This document shows, one piece after another, positions 63,805 through 64,000 of a stretch of DNA of 64,000 nucleotides. Under the pieces are notes generated by a model. It ran no database searches and had not been told where the DNA came from. It saw only the letters and a program-made list of their open reading frames with translations. Source of the stretch: Octopus bimaculoides (Eukaryota); NCBI RefSeq assembly GCF_001194135.2, contig NC_068982.1, positions 63,143,798 to 63,207,797 of the forward strand. Direction: 5' to 3'. The position numbers and the translations under genes were made by a program. Position 1 is the stretch's first letter. Every line of letters starts with the position of its first letter.

Positions 63805-64000
63805 GGACGGATTTGACAGAATCATTAGCACACAGAGGCAAAATACTTATCGGCGTTTCATCCGTTTTAACGATCTGAGTTCAAGTTCCGCTAAGGTCGA
63901 CTTTGCCTTTCATTCTTTAAAATAAGTACCAGCTGAATATTAGGGTCTATGTAATCGTCTTAACCCCGCCCTCGAAAATGCTGGCCTTGTTTCAAAATTT
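63805..64000 (+). mobile_element. SINE family A copy running to the window edge
   Basis: GACAGAATCATTAGCAC...CTGAGTTCAAGTTCCGCTAAGGTCGACTTTGCCTTTCATTC...AAGTACCAG. Confidence 0.8.

Overview
AT-rich, microsatellite-dense, gapped eukaryotic genomic DNA. The SINE families look like those of Octopus (cephalopod), which is an inference. One protein-coding gene is supported: an ABHD8 alpha/beta-hydrolase on the minus strand with five coding exons (48938-48596, 46481-46148, 40278-40111, 10071-9864, 9200-4719). All junctions are GT-AG with consistent phases 1,2,2,0, giving 1844 aa with an intact Ser-Asp-His triad. Its 4.5-kb last coding exon adds a ~1,460-aa low-complexity tail with a poly-Glu tract and seven copies of an (L/V/I)xxWAE(R/K)Hxxx(I/V)S-type motif (copy 7 ends in IL), six of them spaced 47-52 aa apart. 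Introns and upstream DNA hold decayed retroelements (two Penelope-like copies, an RTE, an R4/Dong cluster, CR1 and Tx1/L1-like pieces), at least three SINE families and a MITE with an 8-bp TSD. By eye I also found six hammerhead-ribozyme motifs from about four element families. They include a core-intact, highly structured type I hammerhead in the sense orientation of ABHD8 intron 3, an inverted+tandem ~319-nt retrozyme-like unit, and a possible tRNA-headed, hammerhead-tailed SINE. All alignments and folds were done by hand; no searches were run.
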